Shown piece by piece: positions 1 to 11,995 of a stretch of DNA of 64,000 nt; the stretch's first letter is position 1, and each line of letters starts with the position of its first letter. Below the pieces are notes generated by a model that worked only from the letters and a program-made list of their open reading frames with translations, made no database searches and had not been told where the DNA came from. Made by a program: the position numbers and the translations under genes. The stretch is from Ostrea edulis. Taxonomy: Eukaryota. The stretch lies in assembly GCF_947568905.1 (NCBI RefSeq), contig NC_079171.1:8680001-8744000 (forward strand), written 5' to 3'.

Positions 1-3000
1 TTTTTAATATATTTGTCATTTACTAATTCAAGACTTTAAGAAAAGTACACAACTATTTCTCATTTAACATTTCTTACATTATTTGATTAGTAGATGTTAT
101 AATGATAAAATCAAAACAAAAAAAAAAGATACCGGATAGCGGGGCTTTTCCGCGGGGTGATAAATTTAGCTTGTTTTAGCGGTTAAATAGCTTTCCGCCA
201 AAATTTCACTCGTCAAATATGGACTCAATTGCGACTTCACTATTTGCAACAGCGATAGAACTTCCTTGTCCGCCAAAATTTATTATGGTAAAAGTATTAG
301 TATTAGCATACCTTTGAACCAGTAATCGGTAAATTTCAAACCCGCGAAAAAAACCACTAAACGGTAACTCCGCAGTTATTGTTGAAACAAGATTCTACCT
401 GCTCGCTCTATTGTCCATTACCCAAATGGAATGATGCTGACACCAGTCTGGTTCCAATTAATTACAAGTGAGCCAGAAATGTTATGTTTTTGGCTTTAGA
501 GTAAATTCGTTCAACGTCAGTTGGCAACGTATTCATGCCTTTGGTGGCCTTCCGCTTTCTAAAACTCATTCTGGAGAGTGATGATTTTATTCTATCACTA
601 TTAATGGTAATTCAGACAAAATGTTCTTATTTTTTATACATAAAACCCCCTACACCTGTCATTAAAATTTTGTATTGACAACACTTTCAGACGCACATGT
701 CTGAAATCATCGTATTTCCCCAAATGCAAGGGACGTCGATGGGGAGAATACTCCTAACTGTAATCTTGTTTATATTTATTTGCAAAATGATGTGTAACTT
801 TTGATGGTTCATTATCAATGCATATTTAGTTATTCTTTAACGTGTATCAGGTGAATGTGTATCATATAATCCCTAGTTACGTTTTCTCAACAGAATATTG
901 AAAACTTTTTTTCCACAGAGTCATTGTGCACGTCTGTGATTCCTGCATCTTCAGGGTCGTCTATCTTGCGGGGAACAAGGTAGAATTGACAATGGGGGAG
1001 CACTAACCCTTGGGGATTGTTCTTTCTTAACAAATGTAGAAGCGACATCAATGAACAGATGTAAACGACCTCTTGGATTCGAAAATACTAGTGAACAAAC
1101 TCCAAATTACAAGTGACAATTTTTATCTTAATAGCTGAAGCGAAAACTCATTACCAGCAATAGTGAAAACTTATCCGAAAGTAAAAACGTATGTAGTATG
1201 TTTTATACGAAACACGGGAGGTAATCCTAGTAAACATTGATTAGGGAGTAAAGACGAACTATTCGAAGGTGTTAATCCGCGACATTCAAACCATCGTGAA
1301 ACATCGAAGGACAAAACTCGCGAAAATTAGTCCTGTAAAGTTAATGCCCCTTTAGCACATGCTCAGATATAAAGTGTAGCTAGGTAACTGATGCATCATG
1401 AACAAATGAAATATCAATTTTAAATGCTGGAGAATGTAGGAGTGTATACATTCAAGCTTTAACTACGCTGATTTCGTGCATCTATACGTTTAATCTAGGG
1501 TTGTATCCATGTGATCGATGCATATACCTACACATTCATTTGTATTTACATATCCTACTGCTTTTTCTGTGATAGCCTTTGAATCGTCAGGCTAATTATC
1601 TTTTTGTGAACAACATTTTGTAAATCAGCGCATTCCATAATGTATTTTGAAATGTACACGGAATGTGATGGGTATTTCAAATGCACTAAATGTGTGTAAT
1701 GAGTGTCAAGTGTTATCTATATGTGGGGATTATTACACTAGGAAAGTCATTTTATGTATAACGACGGATATCTAAGTAGTAAATGATGGGTGGATTTCAG
1801 GATTTCAGGTCGGTCTCTGCTATTACTCGAGCTACTCTGTCTCTTAACCCGAACTCTCCAGGCCTGAAAATGTTTTTATCTCAGCATTTTAGTGATATTC
1901 GTCTAGTCTCTGTAAGTTGTCTGGTTTACAGTTGATATTTGTTTACGAGTGTCTTTCTGGTGTTGTTCAATGTATAGAAAATAACTTTGATATTGTAGTT
2001 TTTAGGAAAAGGGAAATTGAGTCATTTCATAAAACTTTATTTTTCCTTTTTCAAATTTAGGTTAACATTTTGAATTTTGTAAATGATTTTTCCAATTGGT
2101 AGACGGGTAGTTCTCAGTGTATGCACATGGATTCACTGTGTTACGCCTTTGACATATCCAGTTTTGTTAAGTCTGGTAACACGAATATTATAATTATTTT
2201 TTTTCCAAAATATATATGTGTAGCTTCTTATCTTTAGCTCTTCAACATAACACGGAGGCGGACGAGAGCTACCTTTCAGAAAAACCGTTCATGCACTTCA
2301 CAGAAAATTACACTAACAGTTGAATCGGGAAAATCGCTATATTCTTGCATCGCCGTCTCAAAGAACTAACTTCTTACGTGTTTCCTCGATGAATTTGTGT
2401 CCAAACTCACCTCCAAACATTCATTAAAGTCTCTTGTCAACCGAACACACGCCATACCTTCAAAGCATTTCGTTTGTAGACGTTACCATGTTAGTCAGCA
2501 GTCAATTAGAACCCTGCTGATCTTTGTATCTATCCATTGTATCCAATATGTATATATTCGGTGTTCATTTATAATAAACACAAACACTGGACATAAAATT
2601 CGTGAATGTTTGGACACAAGTGTAGTGGGAAAAATGTTAGAAATATTTTTTTTATATTATGATATGGCGATGACAAAATACAGCGATATAAGGCCTCGAT
2701 CGCGAGCTGTGAATTGAAGGATTTTATAAGGGGTTATTTCCCAGAGAGCTACATATCTGAAGCTAAATAGATATATACATGTATGTGATTCCGAACTTCT
2801 TGTACGTTTAGAATGTTTTGTGTTGTATATGTGTGGATGACCGAATAAAGCTGTATGATAAAGGACTAAGACCATGTTTATCAAAATTCGGCCTAACGTC
2901 CAAAGTGAATAGTTTTTTGTTAGAAATATTCTCTAACATGTTCTTTTCCTGTAATGTACTGGTTTTTATATGTAGAGTTGGTGAAAGAACACAATTTTTA

Positions 3001-4780
3001 GGTTTACATTACTAGTATAAATCCTATAATTTGCGCTACTTTTTAAGATTGCGTCATACAACGTCGCTATATATTATTAGAAGTGGTAACGTATTGTAAA
3101 ACATGATTATGCAATGAGTGGTTTAATATATAATAAGATCTTGAAAAAGAAATTTTCTTTCCCAAATACGCAAGAAGGTTATTTTACTTATAGCCCGAAT
3201 GGCACACCATATTTTTCAATCCTTCATTCGGCCATTTTCACACGCCTCGCCGTTAACCTGTTTGCGCTTTTCGTGGAAGTTGCAGAGGATGTACTCATCG
3301 CATTTCAACGTAAGTTTTAGAAATATGAATATACTTCACCTCTACTCGTTAAACTGTATAACCAAATAGGTGTACCGATTGCTCTTAAAAATAATAAACA
3401 AGTCGCATGGAACGTATAGTATGGTGCGCCTGTGGTGTGTTGACATAAACTCATAATATTCACGCACTGGGCTGTTGGAAATCCCACAACAAATCTGTTA
3501 ACTGTTGTCAACATATATTTATTGTTTATCTATTATAATTATATATTGTTAAGATTTAAAATTGTATGTATATCAGCTGATCAGAAAAATCAGCTGTTTC
3601 ACGATCATGCCATTTTCAATTCCGAGTGCATGACCTTCTCGGGTCTATTTGAATTTTCTTACATGATGTTTGACTCACTTTACACTTTGAACTTTCCATG
3701 TATCATTGTATGGTCTAAAAAGTATTTGTATAGGTTAAAGAGACATATAATTGTAAAAAGATGTATATTTCCATAATGGTATATGTCTCTGGGGTAACAT
3801 GTAGGCCTGTGGGGGGTTATAGGTTGAATAATTTTCGAATGATTTGGTATTCTAGTATTCTACTATGTTTAAACTTAACTTAGTGATTATTTAGTAATCA
3901 AATAAAAGTTGTATGATGAATCGATACATTTCTTCAATTTACTGTAAACAAAAACTGTTTCTGTGTTTTGGAATCTGTCTGGTATTAGTGCATAATAAAT
4001 AACTTCATAAGTCAATAAATATATTCTTGTTGTAGTGATGACATTTGCAAAATATGTGAGAATAGAAAAAAATGTGTTGGGGTCAACAGAAATTTTTGAT
4101 TAGGGTAGGTCGGGAAAGTGGAAACCAATTAACATATATATTTTTTTTTTTGGCCTTACGCGGAAACATGGATTAGAAAAGTCGGAATGATTTTTACATT
4201 CAATAATTTTTAAATACTTAAAAGCACCATTAAGCCAGGAAAATCATAAGAACAGTTTGGTTTTATAATTTAAATATGCCTTATTTCAAGATAAATTGTA
4301 AACATGTCAAACTTAATTTCAACAATTACGCTTACAACTTACATGCCTTCATTGGGATTAGACATAGAATCACTCAGAGAATGTTGAATTTCATGGGTAC
4401 TACCATGATTTAAGCATATAATTTTTTGTTAGCTTAAATCTCCTTTATATTATTGAATATTAAATTTTTCCATACATCTACCACAAGAAAGAGTATGAAA
4501 GATAAAAATATTTTGTGAATTTGCTGATAATTGTGAAGTAAGATAATATATCAACATTAGCTACAACAAAAATTATTAGATGGGGAATCAAATTCAAATG
4601 AAATGTTTGTGTATATAATTATTTATGCAGAAATGTACATGTAGCTAAACTGTCCTCTATTGTTTAGTTGGAGACATGTCAATCTCCCACCGAATACATA
4701 AATGTAATTTTTCTGAATTCTATATCAATGAAAATACATGAGGGCATGAAAGTACAACTTTTATATGAATATTATAATAC

Positions 4781-4866
4781 AGGGGTCCGTGTTTGCCCAA
4801 TTATCTATTTTGTATTGCTTGTAGGAGTTATGAGATTGATCACTGTTTGTTATCTTCACCTTTCAT
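4781..4866 (+). mobile_element. 3'-terminal fragment of a Penelope-like element (PLE)
   Basis: ggggtccgtgtttgcccaa...gagattgatcactgtttgttatcttcacctttc matches the 3' UTR/terminus of the RT-bearing copy at 48913-50087. Confidence 0.8.
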
Positions 4867-5683
4867 TTATGATATAGTTTTGATAATGATATAATACTGG
4901 AGTAATTTGAATTTCAGGATGATATAATATGTACAGCAAAAATGTATGGCAAGGGTGACATGAATCAGATTGACAAGAATCCATATTCCTACTCCTCAAT
5001 AATGCTATCATCACTGCCATCAGATTCATCAATGATAGTGGCATCAGTGACACATGCGGATAAGTGTTGGACATCACTGCAGGAATAGCTTCCTTGTTGT
5101 GCCTGCCAATAGCAAGGTACCAGATTATACAGCAGTTATGTGGAAACAGATTCCCACAATAGGGGGACCAGATTGACACCTACATTGTACAGTATCAGGC
5201 AGTTATATCAGAACTGGAAAAACTGGATCCAAACAAGACTATATTGCTTGGAAAAAACATGTCGACTCTGAAGTTTAACCCTTATTAACCCATGGCACTT
5301 CCAGAGACATCCTGATACCATGGTTCTATGTCATTTGAAATATACCTGTGGAGGTTTTTAAAGTGGGTTTTTTTTTGGGGGGGGGGTGTTATTAATTGGA
5401 AGAATTTATATTTGATGATTCAAATGAAAATCTGCATGTTGAATTATGAATGTCGTAATAAATGTCCTTTTTGAATGAGTTCAAGAATGGTTGTCCTGAT
5501 AAAAAGTGTAGAGTCAAAAGTTAACAAATTGTCAAAAACACTGGTCAGGTCTGAATTCATCATCTTGGACACCTTGCAGTTGGAAAATTATCTCTATGAA
5601 GAAATGCTGAAAATCTTGTAAAAGAGGAAATGACAAGTTGGGGTCCAAGGCACTTGCATATATGCATGAGAAGGTGTTCTATC

Positions 5684-6159
5684 CAGGCTTGAGGTCAATT
5701 ACATAGCAATGTAACGCCTTACATTACCTAGAAAATTTCACATTACCATTACTCCTATTTTGAAATATAATGTATTACATTACTTGAGAGTGAATTTACA
5801 TTACACATTTACATAACATACTGTCAGATATTAAAGAAATGGCAGAAAAATTATTTCTGTATTATGATTTTTAATATAAGTACACAAAATATTCAGCAAT
5901 GTTAGGAAACATATCTATTAAGTTATTCATTGCATTTGATTGTCATCAATTTTTCAGATGCTTCAGTCAATCACTAATATAATGAATTATTCTAAATCTT
6001 CAAAATATCATCAAATATTTGAAGTAGTGTAAATGTAATGAAAAATAATGTGCAGTACAGTGTGCATTACATTACCATTACTTGTAATGCAAAAATGGTC
6101 CATTACACCCCCATTACATTGAAACTGGCTGTCATTTAATTACCATTACCCCAGGCCTG
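5684..6159. mobile_element. hAT-like MITE
   Basis: Imperfect TIRs (caggcttgaggtcaat / attaccccaggcctg), 8-bp TSD with one mismatch (gttctatc 5676-5683, gttctgtc 6160-6167), internal cattac/gtaatg repeats. Confidence 0.75.
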
Positions 6160-6663
6160 GTTCTGTCGAGAGGTATTGAAATTGTCTGTAGAGACTTTGT
6201 CTCAGGAAGTGGCCGAGATTGGTTGTGACAATTTTGTTGGATGTGAATTTACTGACACACATGTCTACACTTGCTACACAATATAGCATGTGGTGGTTTC
6301 AACAAGAAAGTTCTTACTCTGCAGGAAATGACAAATAGCTAATGGATTCACCTTTTTTCTGACTTTTCTTCTGTACATTAGATGCATTGGAAAAACTTTC
6401 CTTTCCATTATCTTTTGCTGGTACATACTTTGAAATAAAATCAAGTCCGAAAATAAAGTATTTTGGGGTGTTTTTTTTTTCAATTAATTTTAAAAAATGT
6501 AATCTGTAATCCTTGCATATTTTCTTGGTGTTCTGTGATTACATAGGCCTATTGATTTTTATTTGTATTAAAGTATAATTTTATCTTCAGTGTCTTGAAA
6601 GAAATTAATTTTTCAATAACGCAAAGAAAAATGTAGTTAACAGTATGATTTAAAAAAAAAAAT

Positions 6664-6734
6664 CGACACGGGTAGGAATTGAACCCGGATCTCCCGATTG
6701 AAGGACGTGCTCTTTACCACTAAGCTACGACGTC
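6664..6734 (-). pseudogene. tRNA-like sequence (degenerate tRNA or SINE head)
   Basis: Minus strand has A box tagcttagtggt and B box ggttcaattcc about 70 nt apart overall; acceptor and anticodon stems pair poorly. Confidence 0.6.
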
Positions 6735-8051
6735 TATGGCATTACTCATTCAAAAATCCTTCATACATTTACTTGCCCTAGTTAACGTTATACTTTCGAT
6801 ATATCGGCAATAGTTTTAGTTATATCAATGCATGTTCTATAAATTCTTTTCATTTTGATCTTAGTAATTCTGTTGGTGTCGTCTAAATAAAAACTTTCTA
6901 TAGCATTGAAGGTCCGATTTGTCGGACAGCAGATTCGTTTGTTTACGCATCAAAATTCAATAGCTTTTAGAATTCCTGCACAAACCTGTGATAAAAACAC
7001 CACATAGGGGTGTATTCTGCATGGAAATGATGTAGACTCCACATAAGTATATTGTTTTAATTTTTCAAAGCAACATAATTAATAAAATACCCACAACTCT
7101 CACAAACATAAATAATTCCGGATTGCTCTTGATTTAATTCAAAGTTGATATTCATCAACAGCACACCTTTCGATCCAAAAAATCGTTCGTGCAAAATTTA
7201 TTTGTATTGATAGATTTTGATAGACTACATTCAGTTTCTGGATCGAAGGTCGTGTTTTATATGAATTATATGACTAAATTTGAAAAAAGTGGAGATTTCT
7301 GCAGAAAACCAGACCGATACCGGTTTTGTCTTGTATAGAATTCCACAAGCTGACGTTTTGGCGGGGAAATCTTGGTACGTCGCGATGGTATAAAGATTAT
7401 ATTATCAAATGGTAACAATTTTATTTCAATTCATTCTGCTTTATTTTTTAACACACCACAGGGCCGATATAGCTAAACATGGTCTTAGTCCTTTATACAT
7501 TTTGTAATAAGCAAACCACAAAGAATTTCTTCACACAGCATTTATTCATATAATGACAGTCAGGGTTTATCATCATGCCTTTACAAACCTACCTAACTCG
7601 ACAGTACGGGTATTTTATCTACCATTTACTCACACATCTACTCTAATGTGCATTCATTCAAAGATAAAAAGAGGAAAAGGGATAGAAAAGAATGAAGTTT
7701 CTCTGGCTTATGATATGTACAGATTAATGTTAATCTGATAGGTTGTCAAGTGTACATGTATATCAAATGTACTGTTATCACATTGATAATACCTTAAATA
7801 CATCAATGCTAATGTATACAATTACATATATCTCCTACATCATATAAAACTATAAATCCATGTCACGCATTCCATTTCTTCTCAAAAACATCAACATAAT
7901 CATTTTTAAATGCTAACTGCCTTTTTACGTTGTACACAGTTGTGCAAGTGTTAACAAAGTTTTTCAACAAATGCGGATTGAATCTACATTAAAATAGCTA
8001 AAATAGCTCTAGCAATTTATCGTTATTTCGGATTTCAAACATTTCGGTTAA

Positions 8052-8095
8052 GTATCACTGAAGAGACATTATTTGTCGAAATGCGTATCTGGTGC
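8052..8095 (+). ncRNA. Minimal type I hammerhead ribozyme (PLE/retrozyme type)
   Basis: gtatca-CTGAAGA-gac(attattt)gtc-GAAA-tgcgta-TC-tggtgc: full catalytic core, helix I gtatca/tggtgc (with G-U pairs), helix II gac/gtc, near-palindromic helix III, AUC cleavage triplet ending at 8089. Confidence 0.8.
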
Positions 8096-9007
8096 ATTAA
8101 AATTGGTAACATATACGTTTTACATTTGCAACAATATACAAAATACTTTGAATAATAAGTAATCAAACCAAAAAATGAAATGGTCAACATTTCATTTTTT
8201 GAGATAAACAGCAACTGTTGTTTTTTTTTTTATCAACAACATTTACTGTCAAAAAATCCCTAAACTATAAACTTATATTCGATTCATAATAATGCATTGA
8301 CGTTGGAAAACTAAAACATTAATCGTGATATATTTTCCATATATGTATGCATGCAAAAAAACAACAACAACTGAATTAATGGCCTTGTGGGTTTATTTTA
8401 ACTCAGGCAAATCAAATAGTTTCAAATGGTTTAAAACGTAACGGGCCTACCACAATACTATACCAACCATTCGACATTGAATATGTTTAACGATTTTCTG
8501 CTTCAATACAATACGCAGATTTAAATGGCCAAGTCAGTCGTTGAATGTACGAGTCAGTCCTCCTCGCAAAACTTCAATAATTACTGTTGAGGCCTGGGTA
8601 TTTAAATTATATCTACATTCGCCACCGTTTACTATTAGAAAGCGCCGATATTTCGAAACCTGCATGTTGATCAAACGTTAATATTTCTGATCTCAGAAGA
8701 AGAACACCTTAACTGTCACTCACGTATCGATAGATTGAAGCAGAGACTCTTTTTATTTCATTTACTCTTGCCTCACATAGGCTTCCATGTTCATGACACT
8801 ATACTTTCTATTAAGGGTCTACGCCACAGTCTTGTCCCGTGACCCGTGGTACAGTGTGAATGAAAGTTTTCTCCCATAATCTCTTTCCACAGGAAGGACA
8901 GTGAAATTATTAGTTTGGTATGTGCTTGACAATAGTTCATTTATAGACATTACGGTGTGTTCCATTTGTTTTCGAAAATTTAGACGCCGATTCGCCGGAT
9001 TTGAAAT

Positions 9008-9019
9008 GAAAACGAAAGT
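9008..9019 (+). promoter_or_regulatory. ISRE/IRF-binding element upstream of TRIM copy 1
   Basis: GAAAACGAAAGT fits GAAANNGAAA; ends 20 nt before the ATG; same position in all paralogs. Confidence 0.6.
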
Positions 9020-9038
9020 TGATTTGTCATTTATAAAG

Positions 9039-10913
9039 ATGGCAACATCCCTAGACAGTTCTTCGATGGAGGATGTTACATTGTGTTCTATATGTTTCGA
9101 AAAGTTCAAGTCGCCGAGGTTTTTACCGTGTACACATTCCTTCTGTCACGGTTGTTTATCTTCCTACATTGTTAATGTGTGTAAATCTACAGAGTTTCGT
9201 TTGGGATTTAATTGTCCATTATGCCGCGAGTACATACCCTGTCCTGGTGCATTCGATACGCCAGATGCGTGGGCGGGGCTATTTCCGTTGAATGAAGTTT
9301 TAGAGACAATCGTTAAGAAACCTGATGGGAAATTGTGTGATGCCTGTTTACGAGAAAACGAAAGTGAAAATGCTATCGGGTTTTGCTTGTCTTGTACTGA
9401 ATATTTATGCAAGGTGTGTACCAAATATCACAAAAGGCAATTGCTCTCAAGAGATCATACCATATGTCAACTGAACGAGATGAAATCTGGCAACATATTT
9501 CCCGAATCAGGGAATATCCATAGCTGCCCAAAACATAAAAGGGAAACTGTCAAATTCTTCTGTAATGATCACCAGCAGTCCTGTTGTTCAGTGTGTATAG
9601 GAACAAGTCACAGAAAATGCGAAAGTATTGATACTGTTGAAGATGCAGCAAAAAATATAAAACAAAATCGCCAACTGGATGTTCTTTTAGGTGATATGAA
9701 GAACGTGGAAAAGAAACTGACAAAAGCAAAGAGCGAACAAGAGATAAATGTAGCAGAAATAGAGAATTCAGTGGACAAAATCATAGAGAAAACAGAAAGG
9801 GAATTCAAGGAACTTGTTGATCACCTAGACATACTGAAGAACAAACATTTAGATGAGGTAGCAGATGCGCTGAAGAAAGGAAGGGGGAAGTTAAGTGAAT
9901 GTACAAATGTACTTACTGATGGTATACAGTGTACAAATTACTGCTGCCGGAATATTGAAAGAGTTAAAGAGACGGAGAATGACGCTGAAATGGTGATGAC
10001 GTATTACAGAGTGAAAGAGAGGCTCTTACAGCTGAAACGGTTTAAATGCACGAAGAAACAGATAACGATATCTGAAAAAAAGTCACAAGTTTTGAAAGAA
10101 ATGAGAAATATGGAATCTTTTGGAGATGTTGAATATGCTGAGTCTGATCGTCGCATCACGTACGATGTAAATGACATTGCGTTATCTTTAGTTAATGAAT
10201 TCAGCATTGATGGAGAAAATCCAATTGTGTGGACTGGGAATTTTCTGTCCAATGGTAACTTTGTATTTGCAGATTACATACCTGATGGACGTTGTTTTAT
10301 TTATAACAAAGACTGGAGATTCACGGAAGTCATTAATAGACTGAGTTACCCTTTTGAAGCAATACAAGCTGGAGAAGAATTACTGGTGACGTGTGATGGA
10401 ACGAAGTCTATAGAAGTTTTTTCTTTGTCTGATTTACATAAACTGCGAAGTATCAAAATCAACGACACAATGTATGGAATAACACAACACAATGGAATTT
10501 GTTATGTAGCATGTGGAAATAAGATTATAAAATTCAATCTGTCTGGTGAAAAACTTAGAGAATATAAAGTCGAAGGCAATTACAATATTCACATAAGTAC
10601 AACAAAAGATGGATATATTGTGTACAGTAACTGTTCCCTGAATACAGTAACTGCCATCACGGACCAGGGAGACACCGTGTGGCAGTATAAACATATCAAA
10701 ATGAAAGTACCCCGTGGACTTGATGTAGACTCTTTCGGTAATATCTTTGTTGCCGCTAGAGGAAGTGACAATATCAACGTGTTGTCTGGCGCTGGCAGTC
10801 TCATTAGGATTATCGAGGATATTCCACAGCCAATGTGTATTAAACTAATGGAGGAGAGGAGTGTGTGTTGTGTGTGTAGCAATCGCAGAATCATGAAAGT
10901 GTATAAACTGTAG
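9039..10913 (+). CDS. TRIM E3 ubiquitin ligase, copy 1 (RING-B1-B2-CC-NHL-like propeller), 624 aa, intronless CDS
   Basis: C3HC4 RING (CSIC...CTHSFCHGC...CPLC), B-box1 (CDAC...CLSC...C...H), B-box2 (CPKH...C.DH...C..C....H), coiled coil, C-terminal PRGLDVDSFGNIFVA repeat. ATG 9039 (aagATGG context) matches the start of all paralogs; the track's 8901 start is a GTG. Confidence 0.93.
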   Translation: MATSLDSSSMEDVTLCSICFEKFKSPRFLPCTHSFCHGCLSSYIVNVCKSTEFRLGFNCPLCREYIPCPGAFDTPDAWAGLFPLNEVLETIVKKPDGKLCDACLRENESENAIGFCLSCTEYLCKVCTKYHKRQLLSRDHTICQLNEMKSGNIFPESGNIHSCPKHKRETVKFFCNDHQQSCCSVCIGTSHRKCESIDTVEDAAKNIKQNRQLDVLLGDMKNVEKKLTKAKSEQEINVAEIENSVDKIIEKTEREFKELVDHLDILKNKHLDEVADALKKGRGKLSECTNVLTDGIQCTNYCCRNIERVKETENDAEMVMTYYRVKERLLQLKRFKCTKKQITISEKKSQVLKEMRNMESFGDVEYAESDRRITYDVNDIALSLVNEFSIDGENPIVWTGNFLSNGNFVFADYIPDGRCFIYNKDWRFTEVINRLSYPFEAIQAGEELLVTCDGTKSIEVFSLSDLHKLRSIKINDTMYGITQHNGICYVACGNKIIKFNLSGEKLREYKVEGNYNIHISTTKDGYIVYSNCSLNTVTAITDQGDTVWQYKHIKMKVPRGLDVDSFGNIFVAARGSDNINVLSGAGSLIRIIEDIPQPMCIKLMEERSVCCVCSNRRIMKVYKL

Positions 10914-11778
10914 ATTTTGTTAATTTTGTCGTAATAAAATATTCAGAAAAAAATCAACATTAATGTTTATATGAAAATTGTCTTATCCATATACATTGCT
11001 AGTATTACCTCCATTCTAGGAAACTTTGTCATCTCACAAGAATACTAATGAGTATCAGCTGTAATTTGTTCTGCCTTAAATTACAGGCACATTACACCGT
11101 TTTTCAGATAAAAGTAAAGGTTAGCCTAAAATTCTTGATAAGGAATGGAAAATTCCAACTTAACTTTCAACTACCGTGGGTGGTATGGAGAAGTGACGGT
11201 GGAATTTTGAAACTTAAAACTCATAAACTAAAATTGCCTAAATAAATTTGCCGAAACTCCAATTTCTTAAAGGGGTGGAACTCATCCGTTTAATTCATAA
11301 CTTTTACACTTTTATTTTTCTCTTTCACTACTGCTATCCAAATAATGGTAGAGACGACAGTAGGCACCCAATTATGATACATCTTTATTTACATATGTAG
11401 GGTATCAAAGATTTTGGATTTGTTTTAGCATAAACAATATTTGGTCTGGTCTATCTAATTGTCCAATTAGTTCTGTTATTGAAGTTAATGTGAAGATTTG
11501 CTCCTGTGTCAATGCTTTAAACTATGGATACAATGCTAGATATATGGGATCTCACATGATTCGTGATTTGATGCGACTTATATTCAACGAGTTGTGTGTT
11601 TTCTCTCCCTGAGACACAAACCATGAGATATTCTTTTTATCACATGTCAACCCCTAAGGCTATTCATTTATGTTGCTGTATTGTTGAGAATTTTACTTTC
11701 TGACATGTAAAACTGACGTTTATTTGTGACGTCGCAAACGGTGTTGGAAATGATAGGTTGCATGTATGTAGTGATATA

Positions 11779-11995
11779 TGCAAGGTGAAGACAACGAACA
11801 GTGATCAGTTCTTTAGAATTTTTTAGAATCCACATTTCATTAACACAACTTCTGGCATATGTAGTCGCACAGTAAGTTTGAAGTTTCTCCTTCACAGCTG
11901 TTAACATTTTCGTGAGGAGCAAAGATAGGGGCTTGGTAGAGCACTTACTGGATCCAGCAATGTATTGAACACAGGAGTAAACATCTGATAAATGT
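11779..11995 (-). mobile_element. Internally deleted PLE (RT N-terminal piece joined to 3' terminus)
   Basis: Minus strand encodes YIAGSSKCSTKPLS...KLQTYCATTYARSCVNEMWILKNSKEL, overlapping the 5' end of the 49-50 kb RT, then jumps to the terminal gatcactgttcgttgtcttcaccttgca. Confidence 0.75.

Noticed and set aside
4918-5300. Coding-looking segment after a tttcag acceptor
   Set aside because: All frames contain stops and no protein family was recognisable.
6664-6734. Functional tRNA gene
   Set aside because: A and B boxes are present but stems are mismatched; likewise the modules at 16.7-17.1 kb belong to LTRs.
8901-9038. 46-aa N-terminal extension of TRIM copy 1 in the ORF track
   Set aside because: Starts at GTG; all paralogs start at MATSLDSS in a strong Kozak context; the extension is the fossil RING/promoter segment.
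9073-10894. Overlapping alternate-frame and antisense ORFs repeated in each TRIM copy
   Set aside because: They recur only because the host CDS is duplicated; no recognisable motifs; lengths vary between copies.
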